A DNA stretch of 64,000 nucleotides from NCBI GenBank assembly GCA_017525225.1, contig JAFXTB010000178.1:9660-73659 (forward strand), in the 5' to 3' direction. This document shows, piece by piece, positions 53,245-62,808 of this stretch; the stretch's first letter is position 1; every line of letters starts with the position of its first letter. The stretch is from Kiritimatiellia bacterium. Lineage in GTDB: Bacteria > Verrucomicrobiota > Kiritimatiellia > RFP12 > UBA1067. Under the pieces are notes generated by a model. The model was not told the DNA's origin and did not search any database. It saw only the letters and a list, made by a program, of their open reading frames with translations. Both the position numbers and the translations under genes were made by a program.

Positions 53245-54927
53245 CTACGATGCTGCCTTCGCCGCCAGCGCCAGCAGTTCGCGAGCATGCTGCATGACGA
53301 CGCTCGTAAGCTTCGCGCCGCCCAGCATCCGCGCTATCTCGGCCACGCGGTCCTCGCCCTCGATCGGGGCTATGGCGCTGCGGGTGCGCCCGCCGGACGT
53401 CCTCTTCGTGACGGCCAGATGGCGCTCGCCGTACACTGCGCTCTGCGCCAGGTGCGTTATCGCTATCACCTGGTGGTGGCGCGACACCTTCCTCAGCCGC
53501 TCGCCCACGGCCCGCCCGGTCTCACCGCCGATGTTGGAGTCGATCTCGTCGAACACCAGCACGGGTATGTCGTCGTGTCCGGCGGTGACCGTCTTGAGGG
53601 CGAGCATCACGCGCGCCAGTTCGCCGGAGGAAGCGATGTCGGCCAGCGGGCGCGCAGGCTCCCCCGGGTTCGGCTCGAAGCGGAATTCCACGGCGTCGCA
53701 TCCAGTGGAATCCGGAGCCCGCCGGACGAGATCCACGCCGAACGTCGCGCTCAGGAAGCCGAGTCCATGAAGCTCGCGCGTGACAGCCGCCGCGAATCTG
53801 GCGGCCGCCTTGCGCCTAGCTGCGGACAGCGCATCGCCCGCCGCCGCCACCGCCTGCTCGCCCCTGGCGATCTCGCCGGAAAGCTCCTGCATGCGCGCGT
53901 CGCGCCCTTCGAGATCCGCAAGCCGCGCCGCCTTTTGGTCGCGGATGGCGAGGATCTCGGCCACCGTGGGCGCGTACCTGCGCTTGAGCCGCTGCACGCG
54001 CGTAAGGCGGTCATCGAGAGCCTGGAGGGTCTCGGGGTCCGCATCAAGGCGCGAGACGGAATCGGCGACGGCACGCGAGAGCTCCTGCACGCGCGTAGCT
54101 ATGTCCGCGAGTTCGTCGCGCCAGGCGACGGCTGGCTCATGGTAGCGCGCCATCTCGGCAAGCCGCGCATCTGAGGCGGCAAGCGCGGCCGCCGCCGAGG
54201 CGTCGTCCTCCCCCGCCAGCGCCGATGTGACGGCGTTCGCGCATTCGACTATCTCTGCCGCGTGCGCGGCGGCGGCGTGGCGCGCGGGAAGCTCGGTTTC
54301 GTCCTCGTCCGTCAGCTCCACGGCATCGATCTCGTCCACCGCATACCTGAGGCGGTCGCATTCCTCGGCCATGTCGTCGGCATCGCCCTGGAGCGCGACC
54401 AGCTGCGCGCGCATGTCGGCCAGATTCCGCCAGGCCGCCGTGTACTCCGAACGGTCTATCCTGCCGTACGAGTCAAGCTGGTCGCGCTGGAAAGATGTAT
54501 CGAGGAGCGAAAGGTTGTCGCGCGGACCGTGCACGTCCACAAGCAGCCGCCCGAGCGTCCGCAGGGTCTGCACCGTGGTCGATGCGTCGTTCACCCACAC
54601 CCGCGAGCCTCCTGCGGCGGAGATCGTGCGCCGCACGAGCAGCGCGCCATCCTCGCACGGCGGCAGCCCCTGCTCCGAGAGGAGGTCCGCCACTGCGCGC
54701 TCCGCGCCGCCATCAAGGCGCTCGAACACCGCCTCGATGCGGGCGTCCTTCGCGCCGTCGCGCACGGCGGAGGCGTCGGCACGGGCACCAAGCGCAAGCC
54801 CGAGCGCGCCCATCAGAACGCTCTTGCCGGCGCCAGTCTCGCCGGTGATTATGGTAAGACCCTCGACAAACTCCAGTTCGGCCGATTCCACTATGGCAAG
54901 ATTGCTGACTGTCAGGCGCGAGAGCAT
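53245..54927 (-). CDS. recN: DNA repair protein RecN
   Basis: MLSRLTVSNLAIVESAELEF...ITGETGAGKS (Walker A). Long coiled-coil middle. C-terminal signature GGAKLTSVVMQHARE. 560 aa. Confidence 0.9.
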   Translation of the reverse strand: MLSRLTVSNLAIVESAELEFVEGLTIITGETGAGKSVLMGALGLALGARADASAVRDGAKDARIEAVFERLDGGAERAVADLLSEQGLPPCEDGALLVRRTISAAGGSRVWVNDASTTVQTLRTLGRLLVDVHGPRDNLSLLDTSFQRDQLDSYGRIDRSEYTAAWRNLADMRAQLVALQGDADDMAEECDRLRYAVDEIDAVELTDEDETELPARHAAAAHAAEIVECANAVTSALAGEDDASAAAALAASDARLAEMARYHEPAVAWRDELADIATRVQELSRAVADSVSRLDADPETLQALDDRLTRVQRLKRRYAPTVAEILAIRDQKAARLADLEGRDARMQELSGEIARGEQAVAAAGDALSAARRKAAARFAAAVTRELHGLGFLSATFGVDLVRRAPDSTGCDAVEFRFEPNPGEPARPLADIASSGELARVMLALKTVTAGHDDIPVLVFDEIDSNIGGETGRAVGERLRKVSRHHQVIAITHLAQSAVYGERHLAVTKRTSGGRTRSAIAPIEGEDRVAEIARMLGGAKLTSVVMQHARELLALAAKAAS

Positions 54928-54943
54928 GGTGGTACGGCGTATG

Positions 54944-56572
54944 TCAAGGGGCCTTCGGCGCCGTGGCGCGTTCGAAGTATGGCAGGAAGGAAAGCGGCAC
55001 GTTCTCCAGCCGAACCTGCTTCGGACCTTCGATCGTCATGCCGCGCGGATCGGTCCAGGTGCCGGCGGGGAAATCGATCGTCACGGAGTCGTCCGCGGAG
55101 ACGACCGGCGCCACGAGATACTTCGACCCCAGCATGAACTGCTGCATCCGCCGGTTGAAGCCCTGGCCGGGGAACTCGTAGTCCATCGCGCGCAGGATCG
55201 GCTCGCCGGTCTTCGCCGCGTGGCGCGCCTGCTCGAGGATGTACGGCGCGAACCTCATGTGCAGCCTGGCGAAGTCGCGGCAGATGTCGCAGTTCTCGCG
55301 CGAGAGCACCCGCCAGGGGGCGAGCGAGAACTGCATCATCGGCATCAGGGCCTGCAGCGCGCAGGAGCGCACGAACAGCCGCTGGTCTATCCTGTAGCGT
55401 CCGTCCGGCGGGTAGCTTACGCAATCGCCGCCGCCTATCATGTCGGCCACGCAGTAGGGCGAGCCAAGCAGGCCCGACGCCACCATCTCCGGGATGATCC
55501 TACGCAGATCCTCCCATGTGTGGCGCTTGTCCTGCAGGCGCATCACCACCGCCTGGCCGCCCTGGCGCCAACCCGTGCGGAACTCGTTGTAGGGGAAGCA
55601 CCGCGCGAACTTGCCATACGCTGCAAGGTAGTCCACGGGCTCCTGCCCGGGATCGTGGAAGCGGCAGTCCTCGAAGGTCGCCACGTCGCCGGCATCGAAC
55701 TTGAAGCCGTCGATGCCATAGAGATCCTTGAACGTCGTCAGCGCGTCGAGGAAGTAGCCGAACGCCATCGGCTTGGTGAGATCCCACACCGCGCTGCACC
55801 CGCTCCACCAGCGAATCACGGCGGCGGCGGAATCCGCCTTGCGGTGCAGCAGCAGGTCTTTGCCACCCGACGAGGGATGGTATCGCAGGCGCTTGTACTC
55901 GCGGCTGTCCGGCGAGACGAAGTATGCCATCCACACGAGCGACCGGAAGCCCTTGGCATGGATGCGCCCGAACATGCCCGCCGGATCAGGGAAGTCCTCG
56001 GGCTCGAACTTCAGAGAGCCAGGATACAGCTGCCAGCCGCCGTCCATCATGTATACGCCGCACGGGAAGCGGTTGGTGGCGATCTCCTCCGTGTAGGCGT
56101 CCACCGTGCGCTGGTTCACCCCGCGTATGTACAGCTCGATCCAGTTGTTGAACTGCGGCTTGGTGAAGAACTCGTCGGGCGGCGTCTTCCCCGAGAACGG
56201 GAAGTGCGCGGCGGAGGCGGCGAGATACGCCTCCCTCAGCGTGCCGCCCGCAGCGACCGGCTCCACCTTCTCAACTGGCGAGGATACGTGCAGGCATCCG
56301 TTCGAGAAGGCGTACGAGAAAGGACGGTCGCTCCATACGTAGCGGCCTGCGGAGGATACCAGAAGCGGCATCGCCGCGCCCGCAGCGTCGAACCGGGCGA
56401 GATCGACAGGCCGCGTGCGCGCATCGCCGGCGAAGGGCTGCCATGCGCCATGGCCGACCGTGCCGCCATACCATTTCTCGTCGGCCGAGACAGGCTGTAT
56501 GGCGGATTCAAACTGCGCCAAGGCCGCGTATGCGGCCAGCAGCGCCGGAACAAGAACGGCGGCGATCCTCAT
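54944..56572 (-). CDS. Glycoside hydrolase family 31 (alpha-glucosidase/alpha-xylosidase-like), secreted
   Basis: Signal peptide MRIAAVLVPALLAAYAALA. GH31-like catalytic region YMMDGGWQ...GFKFDAGD...WNQ-like pattern. Start at ATG 56572 with a GGAGG Shine-Dalgarno. Confidence 0.65.
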   Translation of the reverse strand: MRIAAVLVPALLAAYAALAQFESAIQPVSADEKWYGGTVGHGAWQPFAGDARTRPVDLARFDAAGAAMPLLVSSAGRYVWSDRPFSYAFSNGCLHVSSPVEKVEPVAAGGTLREAYLAASAAHFPFSGKTPPDEFFTKPQFNNWIELYIRGVNQRTVDAYTEEIATNRFPCGVYMMDGGWQLYPGSLKFEPEDFPDPAGMFGRIHAKGFRSLVWMAYFVSPDSREYKRLRYHPSSGGKDLLLHRKADSAAAVIRWWSGCSAVWDLTKPMAFGYFLDALTTFKDLYGIDGFKFDAGDVATFEDCRFHDPGQEPVDYLAAYGKFARCFPYNEFRTGWRQGGQAVVMRLQDKRHTWEDLRRIIPEMVASGLLGSPYCVADMIGGGDCVSYPPDGRYRIDQRLFVRSCALQALMPMMQFSLAPWRVLSRENCDICRDFARLHMRFAPYILEQARHAAKTGEPILRAMDYEFPGQGFNRRMQQFMLGSKYLVAPVVSADDSVTIDFPAGTWTDPRGMTIEGPKQVRLENVPLSFLPYFERATAPKAP

Positions 56573-56598
56573 GCCAGGGCGTCCTCCACGGGATGCGC

Positions 56599-57507
56599 CT
56601 AGCAGCGCCCCTTGGACCTGAGGAACCAGATGGACCCGCGCACGGAGTCGTAGGACTTCGGGTTCGTCTCGCATTCCACGACGTACCACTTCACGCCGTC
56701 CGCGTCGCTCACGGGGAAGAGCGCGTCCCAGTCAACGCCCTTGCGCGGCTTGCCGTCCGGCAGCGTACCGGGACGGCCCAGAATTCCGGGCGCGCCCTTG
56801 TCGAACACCTCCTTCGCGTGCAGCGACGGGCTGCGCCCCGGGAACTTCCGGAACCATTCGCAGGGGTCGCCGCCCGCCGTGACGGTCCAGCCCACGTCCT
56901 GCTGCATGCAGACGTTCTTCGGCGTGTTGGAGAAGAAGTAGTCCCAGACGGTCGTGCCATGCGTCCGCTCCTGGTGCTCCCACTGGTGGTTGTGGTAGCC
57001 GATGCGGCATCCACGCTTCCCTGCGGCGACCGCCGCCGTGGCGTAGAACTTCACGATCATCTCCCACCATGCCTCGCGCGTACCCTTCCAGTCCTTGCCC
57101 GGACGCATCCCGCCGCCGGGACAGACGATGTAGTCGTTGCCGAAGGCCAGGTTGAAATCCATCGTTTCGTTGATCTTGTCCGGCGCCAGCGCGTCGCGGC
57201 CGACGTGCGTGCCGCAGGCCACAAGGCCTGTGCCATCCAGAATGAACTTGAGTTCCGCCGCCGTGAGGGGCTTCTTGCCCTTCGTGTAGTACCCTGCCAG
57301 CTCCACGCCCTCGTAGCCCATCTTCTTGAGCTCCGCCAGCACGGCAGGCATGCCGACCTCCCAGATCAGCTCGCGCACCGAATAGAGCTGCACGGCTACG
57401 CGGGCCTTGGGACCCGTGCCGCCGAGGCAGCAGCCGTGCATCGCGGCTATCCCGGATGCCGCAAGCGCGGACGAAACGAACGAACGACGTGTGACATTGA
57501 TATGCAT
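56599..57507 (-). CDS. Sugar phosphate isomerase/epimerase (xylose-isomerase-like TIM barrel) with twin-arginine signal
   Basis: Tat motif TRRSFVSSALAASGIAAMHG. VAVQLYSVRE...GYEGVELAG...IGYHNHQWE is typical of the AP-endonuclease 2 / xylose-isomerase-like fold. ATG 57507 with an AAGGAAGG Shine-Dalgarno. Confidence 0.7.
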   Translation of the reverse strand: MHINVTRRSFVSSALAASGIAAMHGCCLGGTGPKARVAVQLYSVRELIWEVGMPAVLAELKKMGYEGVELAGYYTKGKKPLTAAELKFILDGTGLVACGTHVGRDALAPDKINETMDFNLAFGNDYIVCPGGGMRPGKDWKGTREAWWEMIVKFYATAAVAAGKRGCRIGYHNHQWEHQERTHGTTVWDYFFSNTPKNVCMQQDVGWTVTAGGDPCEWFRKFPGRSPSLHAKEVFDKGAPGILGRPGTLPDGKPRKGVDWDALFPVSDADGVKWYVVECETNPKSYDSVRGSIWFLRSKGRC

Positions 57508-57637
57508 GGAAAATCCTTCCTTTGCTTTTGGATGCGTTTTCTGCGTGGCGAAATTATACAAAAACAGGCGGCGGCGTGTCAACATGGACGCTCGCGGTAG
57601 ATGAAAGAAGGCGTGTTCGTCTGGACTATTGCCACGA

Positions 57638-58379
57638 TTAACGAACGGGAGCGGGGCGACCCTGTATCTTGGCGGCCGTGATCTCCGCAATCACCTTCTG
57701 CGCACCGGCCTCGGGATGGATGCCGTCCGAGCTGAAATGGGGCGTCTCCGCGAACGGCACAAGGGGCGTGTACATGTCAAGCGTCTCCGCGCCGACATCG
57801 CGAGCTACCTGTTCGAGATCGTGTTCCATCACGAAGGCGTAGGGCATACCCTTGAAATGATGCTTCTTGCCGGTCGGCCCGAGCTTCGTCCAGATGATGA
57901 ACCTGGGGCGACAGCCGTCATTGGCGAACGACTCGAGCAAATCCACATACAGTTTTCTGAAAAGTCCGCGTTCCAACTTCGCCTTGCCGTCCTCGCTGTG
58001 GATGTACTCGCCCATGTAGGTGCTGGCATCGTTTATGCCGAGGTTGCATACGACGATATCCGGCTTGAACGCGAGCGCCGGAGCGTATTCGTCACGCAGC
58101 CGCCATGCGCGCGGTCTGTCGCCCCGCTTCGTATGCAGATACACGCCCGCACCGGGATCACCGAAGTTGCGCACCTCGTACCGGTCACCGAGAATCCGCT
58201 GGAGCTGGGCGGGATAGCATTCCGCTACACGATTGGTCATGGCTGTGCCGAAGGTGATCGAGTCGCCGATGCAGGCGACCCTGATCTTTTCCGGGGCACT
58301 ATGCCCTTTGGCACCGCAACATCCGGCTGCGGCCATGCATACAGCGGCCACTGCCACCATCCTTAACAACGATTTCATG
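57638..58379 (-). CDS. SGNH/GDSL-family hydrolase, lipoprotein
   Basis: MKSLLRMVAVAAVCMAAAGCCG lipobox-like. GDSIT block I. Later GINDAS... and DGIHP (block V D-x-x-H). Confidence 0.75.
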
Positions 58380-58426
58380 GCGTCTCCTGTCAGAATCACC
58401 CTTCCAAATGAAGGCGGACCCTGTAA

Positions 58427-58456
58427 TTGTACATTACTCTTCAGGGGCGTGTCAAC
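58427..58456 (-). promoter_or_regulatory. sigma70-like promoter TTGACA-18 nt-TACAAT for the SGNH gene; the -35 lies in the loop of hairpin GGGGCG/CGCCCC at the 3' end of the upstream gene
   Basis: Minus-strand read GGGGCGTTGACACGCCCCTGAAGAGTAATGTACAAT. Downstream AGGAGA Shine-Dalgarno before ATG 58379. Confidence 0.3.
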
Positions 58457-60356
58457 GCCCCTTCGCCGCCGGCGGCTTCGGCGATGCGACCCGATGCCAC
58501 AGCGGTTTTTCCAGCTTCTTGTCGGAGAAGAGCATCGGCCAGGCCTCGCGCATGTCATTGGCATGGCGGATGCGGAACTCCTTCAGGCGCGCGGCGGCGG
58601 CACGGAAATCGTCGTCTCCGCCTTTCACGCGGGACTTCTTCAGGAAATCAAGCGTAAGCTTCGCGTGCTCCACCACAAGCTTCACCTCCTCCACCCGCCG
58701 CCGTTGCGCCGGGGTCAGGCCCTGGCAGGAGAGTGCGCGCGCGATGACCTCCAGATCGCCGTCGAGGTCGGCAAAGGAATGCCCTGTATATCCCGCTCTG
58801 GCGAGCTCCCCGTCGTCACGGGCAAGTGCGGAAGCACCACCTTTCATTATGGCGATCCGCGACGCCTCGCCCCGCGAGCGCACCCGCGCATAGTATCTGC
58901 CCATCTCCTCCGCCGCCGGCCCGAACTGGCTGAGGTATTCGCGCTCCACCTCGGCGAAGGTAAGCGTGGGATCGGAGATCACGCGGGCCAGCGCGTAGAA
59001 ATCGAACATCACCACCATCGAGAACGAACGCTTGAAGTTGTCCTCGTCCACCCCGATCATCCCGAGCTTCAGGTTCTCCTTGAAGTCCTCGAACAGATAC
59101 CGTTCGAGGCCGCGAGGCATCGCCCCCTTGTAGCATAGGTAGTTGGGACGCACGAAGTACCTCTTCAGCCCCTTCTCCTGCCATCCCCTGATGAGCGCGT
59201 TCGAATCGTCGTAGATGGACGGCACCACGCCCGCGATGAAGTTGTCCGGGTGCTCGATGCGGTATCTGCGCGGCGGCTGGCGGTAGTTCGCGTAGATGTA
59301 CGCGACGATCTTCACGTCGGGGCGGATCGCGATGGCCTTCTCAGCGATCCTATTCCAGAACCAGACCTGCCTGTCGCTTTTGTCGGCGAGGAAATTCTCG
59401 CCCGGAGCATCGGCGTCCAGCGCCCGGCAGCCTTCACATCGGCAGTGGGTCGTCTGTGAATCCGCCGCGCAGACGTTGATATACTCGTTGGTGCCGCCCT
59501 TCAGCCAGTCGCTGATCACCTGGTTCTGGGTTCCGGGGTTGGAGTAGCAGATGTGCATGTACTTCCCCCTGGACTTCACTGAATGCCCGCGGTTGGTACC
59601 GTGCCACATCGCCAGATACTCCCGGTGGGTATCGTAGAACCTGTCGTTCCACTTGGTGAACGCATGGCCGTAGGAGATGGATGTACGCGTCTGGAGCCGC
59701 ATGCGCCACGTCCACTGCCTGAATGCCCAGTACTCCGGACGCATGCGCGAAAGCGTGAATGCATCCATGAACTCGCTTGGAATGATCTCCAGGTCGAACC
59801 GCTTCTTGAACATGTAGCTCGAGAAGTCTGGACGCTTCTTCGGGCAGGCGCCCACACGTATTTCGCTCTTCTCGAGCGGCGGGTAGAAACGGTATTTCCA
59901 GCCGTCCGGCACCGACACCGTCGTACGGTTCTGGAAGACGATCCCCTCGTCGCCCGGACGCACCCACTTGACGCCCAGCACCTTGTCGAGGAACCCGTAT
60001 ACGGCATAGAGGGAACCACGCCCCCCCTCCCCGGCGGAACGGTCGTCCCCCCAGAAGTAGAGCGTCTTCCCCGACGCGAACGCATGCGACTCCCAGGCCT
60101 TCGCGGCATCCATGCCGGGCGCAACGCGTCCAATGGCGAACTCATAGCCGTCGGTGGCCGGGTGCCGTTCGCCCGCGATGAGCGCCAGATGCTTCTCCAG
60201 CTCCTCCGCCGCCATCTTCTGCGCCTTGCTTTCGGGATCCACCACGGTTATCCGAGCCGTACGCAGATCGATCTCGCCCGCATGCGCGGCGAGCGCCGCC
60301 GCCAGCAGCGCCGAGCACAGGCATTGTACAGCCTTTGCATTCATCTTCATTTTCAT
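58452..60356 (-). CDS. Secreted hypothetical protein, DUF4838-like / GH20-like TIM-barrel candidate
   Basis: Signal peptide MKMKMNAKAVQCLCSALLAAALAAHA. 634 aa. Motif LKLGMIGVDEDNF resembles the HIGYDEE motif of the 33866-34855 protein. Family call is from memory only. Confidence 0.45.
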   Translation of the reverse strand: MKMKMNAKAVQCLCSALLAAALAAHAGEIDLRTARITVVDPESKAQKMAAEELEKHLALIAGERHPATDGYEFAIGRVAPGMDAAKAWESHAFASGKTLYFWGDDRSAGEGGRGSLYAVYGFLDKVLGVKWVRPGDEGIVFQNRTTVSVPDGWKYRFYPPLEKSEIRVGACPKKRPDFSSYMFKKRFDLEIIPSEFMDAFTLSRMRPEYWAFRQWTWRMRLQTRTSISYGHAFTKWNDRFYDTHREYLAMWHGTNRGHSVKSRGKYMHICYSNPGTQNQVISDWLKGGTNEYINVCAADSQTTHCRCEGCRALDADAPGENFLADKSDRQVWFWNRIAEKAIAIRPDVKIVAYIYANYRQPPRRYRIEHPDNFIAGVVPSIYDDSNALIRGWQEKGLKRYFVRPNYLCYKGAMPRGLERYLFEDFKENLKLGMIGVDEDNFKRSFSMVVMFDFYALARVISDPTLTFAEVEREYLSQFGPAAEEMGRYYARVRSRGEASRIAIMKGGASALARDDGELARAGYTGHSFADLDGDLEVIARALSCQGLTPAQRRRVEEVKLVVEHAKLTLDFLKKSRVKGGDDDFRAAAARLKEFRIRHANDMREAWPMLFSDKKLEKPLWHRVASPKPPAAKGR

Positions 60357-60370
60357 CCTTTTCTTGAGGC

Positions 60371-61798
60371 CTACTTCAGCGAGATCATCTCGATGATCGC
60401 GGCGGAGAGCCTGTCGGCTGATCCTGGGGCGAAGATGGTCGAGGTGGTCTCATAGCTGCTGCCGGGTTCGCGCATGGCCTTCTCCGTGGGTATGTATCCG
60501 TAGGAGCCGTTGGTGAGGCACGTGAGGAACGTCACCTTCGCCGCCGCCGACGCCTCCACCTGCCGCTGGAAATCCATGAAAGGCTCGCCAGGCAGCCCCG
60601 CGAAGACGAACACCCCTGGCATGACAATCACGGAGACGGGAATCTCCAGCTCGCCTGGCTCCTTCGCCATCCGCCGAATGCGATGCGCCGCCACTCTGCT
60701 GATCATGGGGGACCGGCCCAGGCTCTCGCCCGCCTCGACCTTCGCCAGCTCCTCCGCCGTAGGTTTGCGCACGGGGACGGCCACATTCCTGTTCAAGCAG
60801 AATATCGGCGCAGGTTTGCAACGCTCCAGCCTGTTCCAGATGGATACGGCGCCCTCTGCCAACTTCCTGCCTATGTGGTCCTTCTTCCAGAACCTGTCGT
60901 CCTTGTGCGCGGCATACAGCGCGGCGATGTCCGGACGCGGCCTCGGCGTATTGTTGCTGTCGCCCTCGCATCCGTTGAAGAACACGCACCGCATGCCGCC
61001 GCCCAGGAGCCTTTCCGTCTCGCGGCGCAACGCACCCGGCCAGTCCGCCGACACGAGCGTGCCGCCGATGTTGTCGGCATGGGTGGCGAATCCCAGCACC
61101 GCTATGTCGCCCTTGCCCTCGCGCCTGAAGCGCAGCACCCGCAGGGTCTCGTCCTGCTTCGCCGCTGGCCCGACAAGCCGTCCCTTCAGATGGGATCCGG
61201 GATTCGTCACCACCTCCCCGTCATCGAGTATGTACCGCCTTATGAATGCGACGCCCGGCACCTGGACGCTTCCAAGCAGTATCTCGGCAGGCGCAAGGTC
61301 GGCCAGAGCATCCTTCGCCGCCGCCACAAGCCTTTCGCCAAGGGTCCGGTCGTAGGAGTCCGTGCCGTCCATCGATATCTCGTAGGCGTCCTTCTCCTTG
61401 CCGACCACCGGGCCTGTATGGCTGTGCGTGCATGCGATATACACGTTCTTGGCGGGAATCCCCGTGGCCTTCTCGATCTGGTGGCGGTAGCGCGTGGACA
61501 GCCCCTTGATCTGCTCGAGGTCGCATGAGACGAGCATGGCTCTGGTGGTGCCGTCGCTGATCACCACGGCGTTGGCCTCCACGCAGTCTGCGACGCCGGA
61601 TGCGGGACGGGAGTCGAAGTACCCGGAAAGCTCGTGTCCAACGGGCGGCGATATGTCCACCCGCGCGAACCCGGCGGAGAAGGACGGATTGGCGCATCCC
61701 TCCGCGTCCCTGATTGCCGGACCGGTTCGCGAGAGCTGTGCCGCGCGGTCGATGGGACACACTGCGGCTAGCATTGCAAGGGCGTTGGCAAGCAGCAT
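60371..61798 (-). CDS. Neutral/alkaline ceramidase-like hydrolase (N-terminal ceramidase_alk-like domain), secreted
   Basis: Signal peptide MLLANALAMLAAVCP. GHELSGY...ACTHSHTGP...FATHADN pattern, as in neutral ceramidases. Confidence 0.55.
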   Translation of the reverse strand: MLLANALAMLAAVCPIDRAAQLSRTGPAIRDAEGCANPSFSAGFARVDISPPVGHELSGYFDSRPASGVADCVEANAVVISDGTTRAMLVSCDLEQIKGLSTRYRHQIEKATGIPAKNVYIACTHSHTGPVVGKEKDAYEISMDGTDSYDRTLGERLVAAAKDALADLAPAEILLGSVQVPGVAFIRRYILDDGEVVTNPGSHLKGRLVGPAAKQDETLRVLRFRREGKGDIAVLGFATHADNIGGTLVSADWPGALRRETERLLGGGMRCVFFNGCEGDSNNTPRPRPDIAALYAAHKDDRFWKKDHIGRKLAEGAVSIWNRLERCKPAPIFCLNRNVAVPVRKPTAEELAKVEAGESLGRSPMISRVAAHRIRRMAKEPGELEIPVSVIVMPGVFVFAGLPGEPFMDFQRQVEASAAAKVTFLTCLTNGSYGYIPTEKAMREPGSSYETTSTIFAPGSADRLSAAIIEMISLK

Positions 61799-61811
61799 GG
61801 CTTCGAACCGT

Positions 61812-62717
61812 CTAGCGCGGGTTGTCGGGAACCGTCACGTCACCAAGCGCATACTGCACCGCATCGAGGATGTGGTGCAGGCGTTCAGGGTCGAGAAACG
61901 CCTTCTTGTCATGTCCGAACGTGGTGTAGAACACGCGGCCCTGCCCCCAGCGGCGACACCAGGACACGGCAAAGTCCTTGTCGGAACGGACCTTGTCGGC
62001 CCCGTTACGCTTCACATACCGTTCGAGCGCCGCGGCGCTTTCAGGGTCGGACATGTCGACCGACAGAAGCACGCGCAGATCCGATCTCCTGTACGGCGGA
62101 GAAGAATGCTGGTACAGCTCATCCACCAGCTTTATCTTCGCGCGGCCGCCGAATGCGGCGTTGAGTGGATGCCCAGGCTCTTCGTTCTGTATCCCCCAGG
62201 TCCCGCCAAAGATCGTCCAGGGATGCCCCCAGAACGCGCCCGCGCACATGCACTGCAGCGCCGGGCAGTCGAACATGCCGTCCACCGCCGAATGGATCAG
62301 CACTATCCCCTTGCCGCCCTTCACGAACGAATCGAGGTTCTGCTCGATGGCTGGGTACGAAGAAACCTTGATGTGCGTAGGATTGTTCATCACCACGGCA
62401 TCGTACTTCGCCAGCAGGCCGGCGTCCGCCAGCACGGCGTAGTCTGCCATGTCGAACCGCCAACCACCCTTGATGCAGGCGCATGTCAGCGCACGGATGG
62501 CGTAGGTGACCGCCTCGCCATGCCATTCGGCGGCATCGTCGGAGGAAATCACCAGCATCTTGTGGGGCTTCTTTGCCGGGGCGGCCTTCCAGGACTCCAC
62601 GTTTGCGCGTATGGTCGGCTCGTCTTCCGGCAGGACCTGCGGGAAGATATGCGGCCGCGGTGCCGCTGCTGCGGCGAATACCGCGCCCACCACCATCGTC
62701 ATCATCAGTCTCTTCAT
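61812..62717 (-). CDS. ThuA-like (trehalose-utilisation / type-1 glutamine-amidotransferase-like fold) protein, secreted
   Basis: MKRLMMTMVVGAVFAAAAA signal. GIVLIHSAVDGMF and FYTTFGHDKKAF are typical ThuA motifs. ATG 62717 with an AAGGAGAG Shine-Dalgarno. The ORF-track start (TTG 62750) lies inside the tandem repeat. Confidence 0.65.
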   Translation of the reverse strand: MKRLMMTMVVGAVFAAAAAPRPHIFPQVLPEDEPTIRANVESWKAAPAKKPHKMLVISSDDAAEWHGEAVTYAIRALTCACIKGGWRFDMADYAVLADAGLLAKYDAVVMNNPTHIKVSSYPAIEQNLDSFVKGGKGIVLIHSAVDGMFDCPALQCMCAGAFWGHPWTIFGGTWGIQNEEPGHPLNAAFGGRAKIKLVDELYQHSSPPYRRSDLRVLLSVDMSDPESAAALERYVKRNGADKVRSDKDFAVSWCRRWGQGRVFYTTFGHDKKAFLDPERLHHILDAVQYALGDVTVPDNPR

Positions 62718-62740
62718 AGCTCTCTCCTTTTTATCCTTCA

Positions 62741-62808
62741 ACCTTCCCAACCCTCACAACCTTCCCAACCCTCACAACCTTCCCAACCCTCACAACCTTC
62801 TCAACCCC
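62741..62808. repeat. 18-bp tandem repeat ACCTTCCCAACCCTCACA x3 plus a diverged partial copy (ACCTTCTCAACCCC)
   Basis: Three perfect units at 62741-62758, 62759-62776 and 62777-62794, plus a partial unit to 62808. It fills almost the whole intergenic space between the Gfo/Idh/MocA stop (62809) and the ThuA start. Confidence 0.9.

Noticed and set aside
53011-56602. 387-aa (53011-54174) and 791-aa (54227-56602) plus-strand ORFs opposite recN and GH31
   Set aside because: They overlap RecN (Walker A, coiled coil, signature motif) and GH31 on the minus strand. The translations are Arg/Ala/Pro/Gly-rich.
56443-57600. 385-aa plus-strand ORF opposite the TIM-barrel gene
   Set aside because: Antisense artefact. 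The minus-strand gene has a Tat signal, a Shine-Dalgarno and isomerase-like motifs.
62741-62808. CRISPR-like interpretation of the 18-bp array
   Set aside because: The units are contiguous with no spacers, and the array is far too short.
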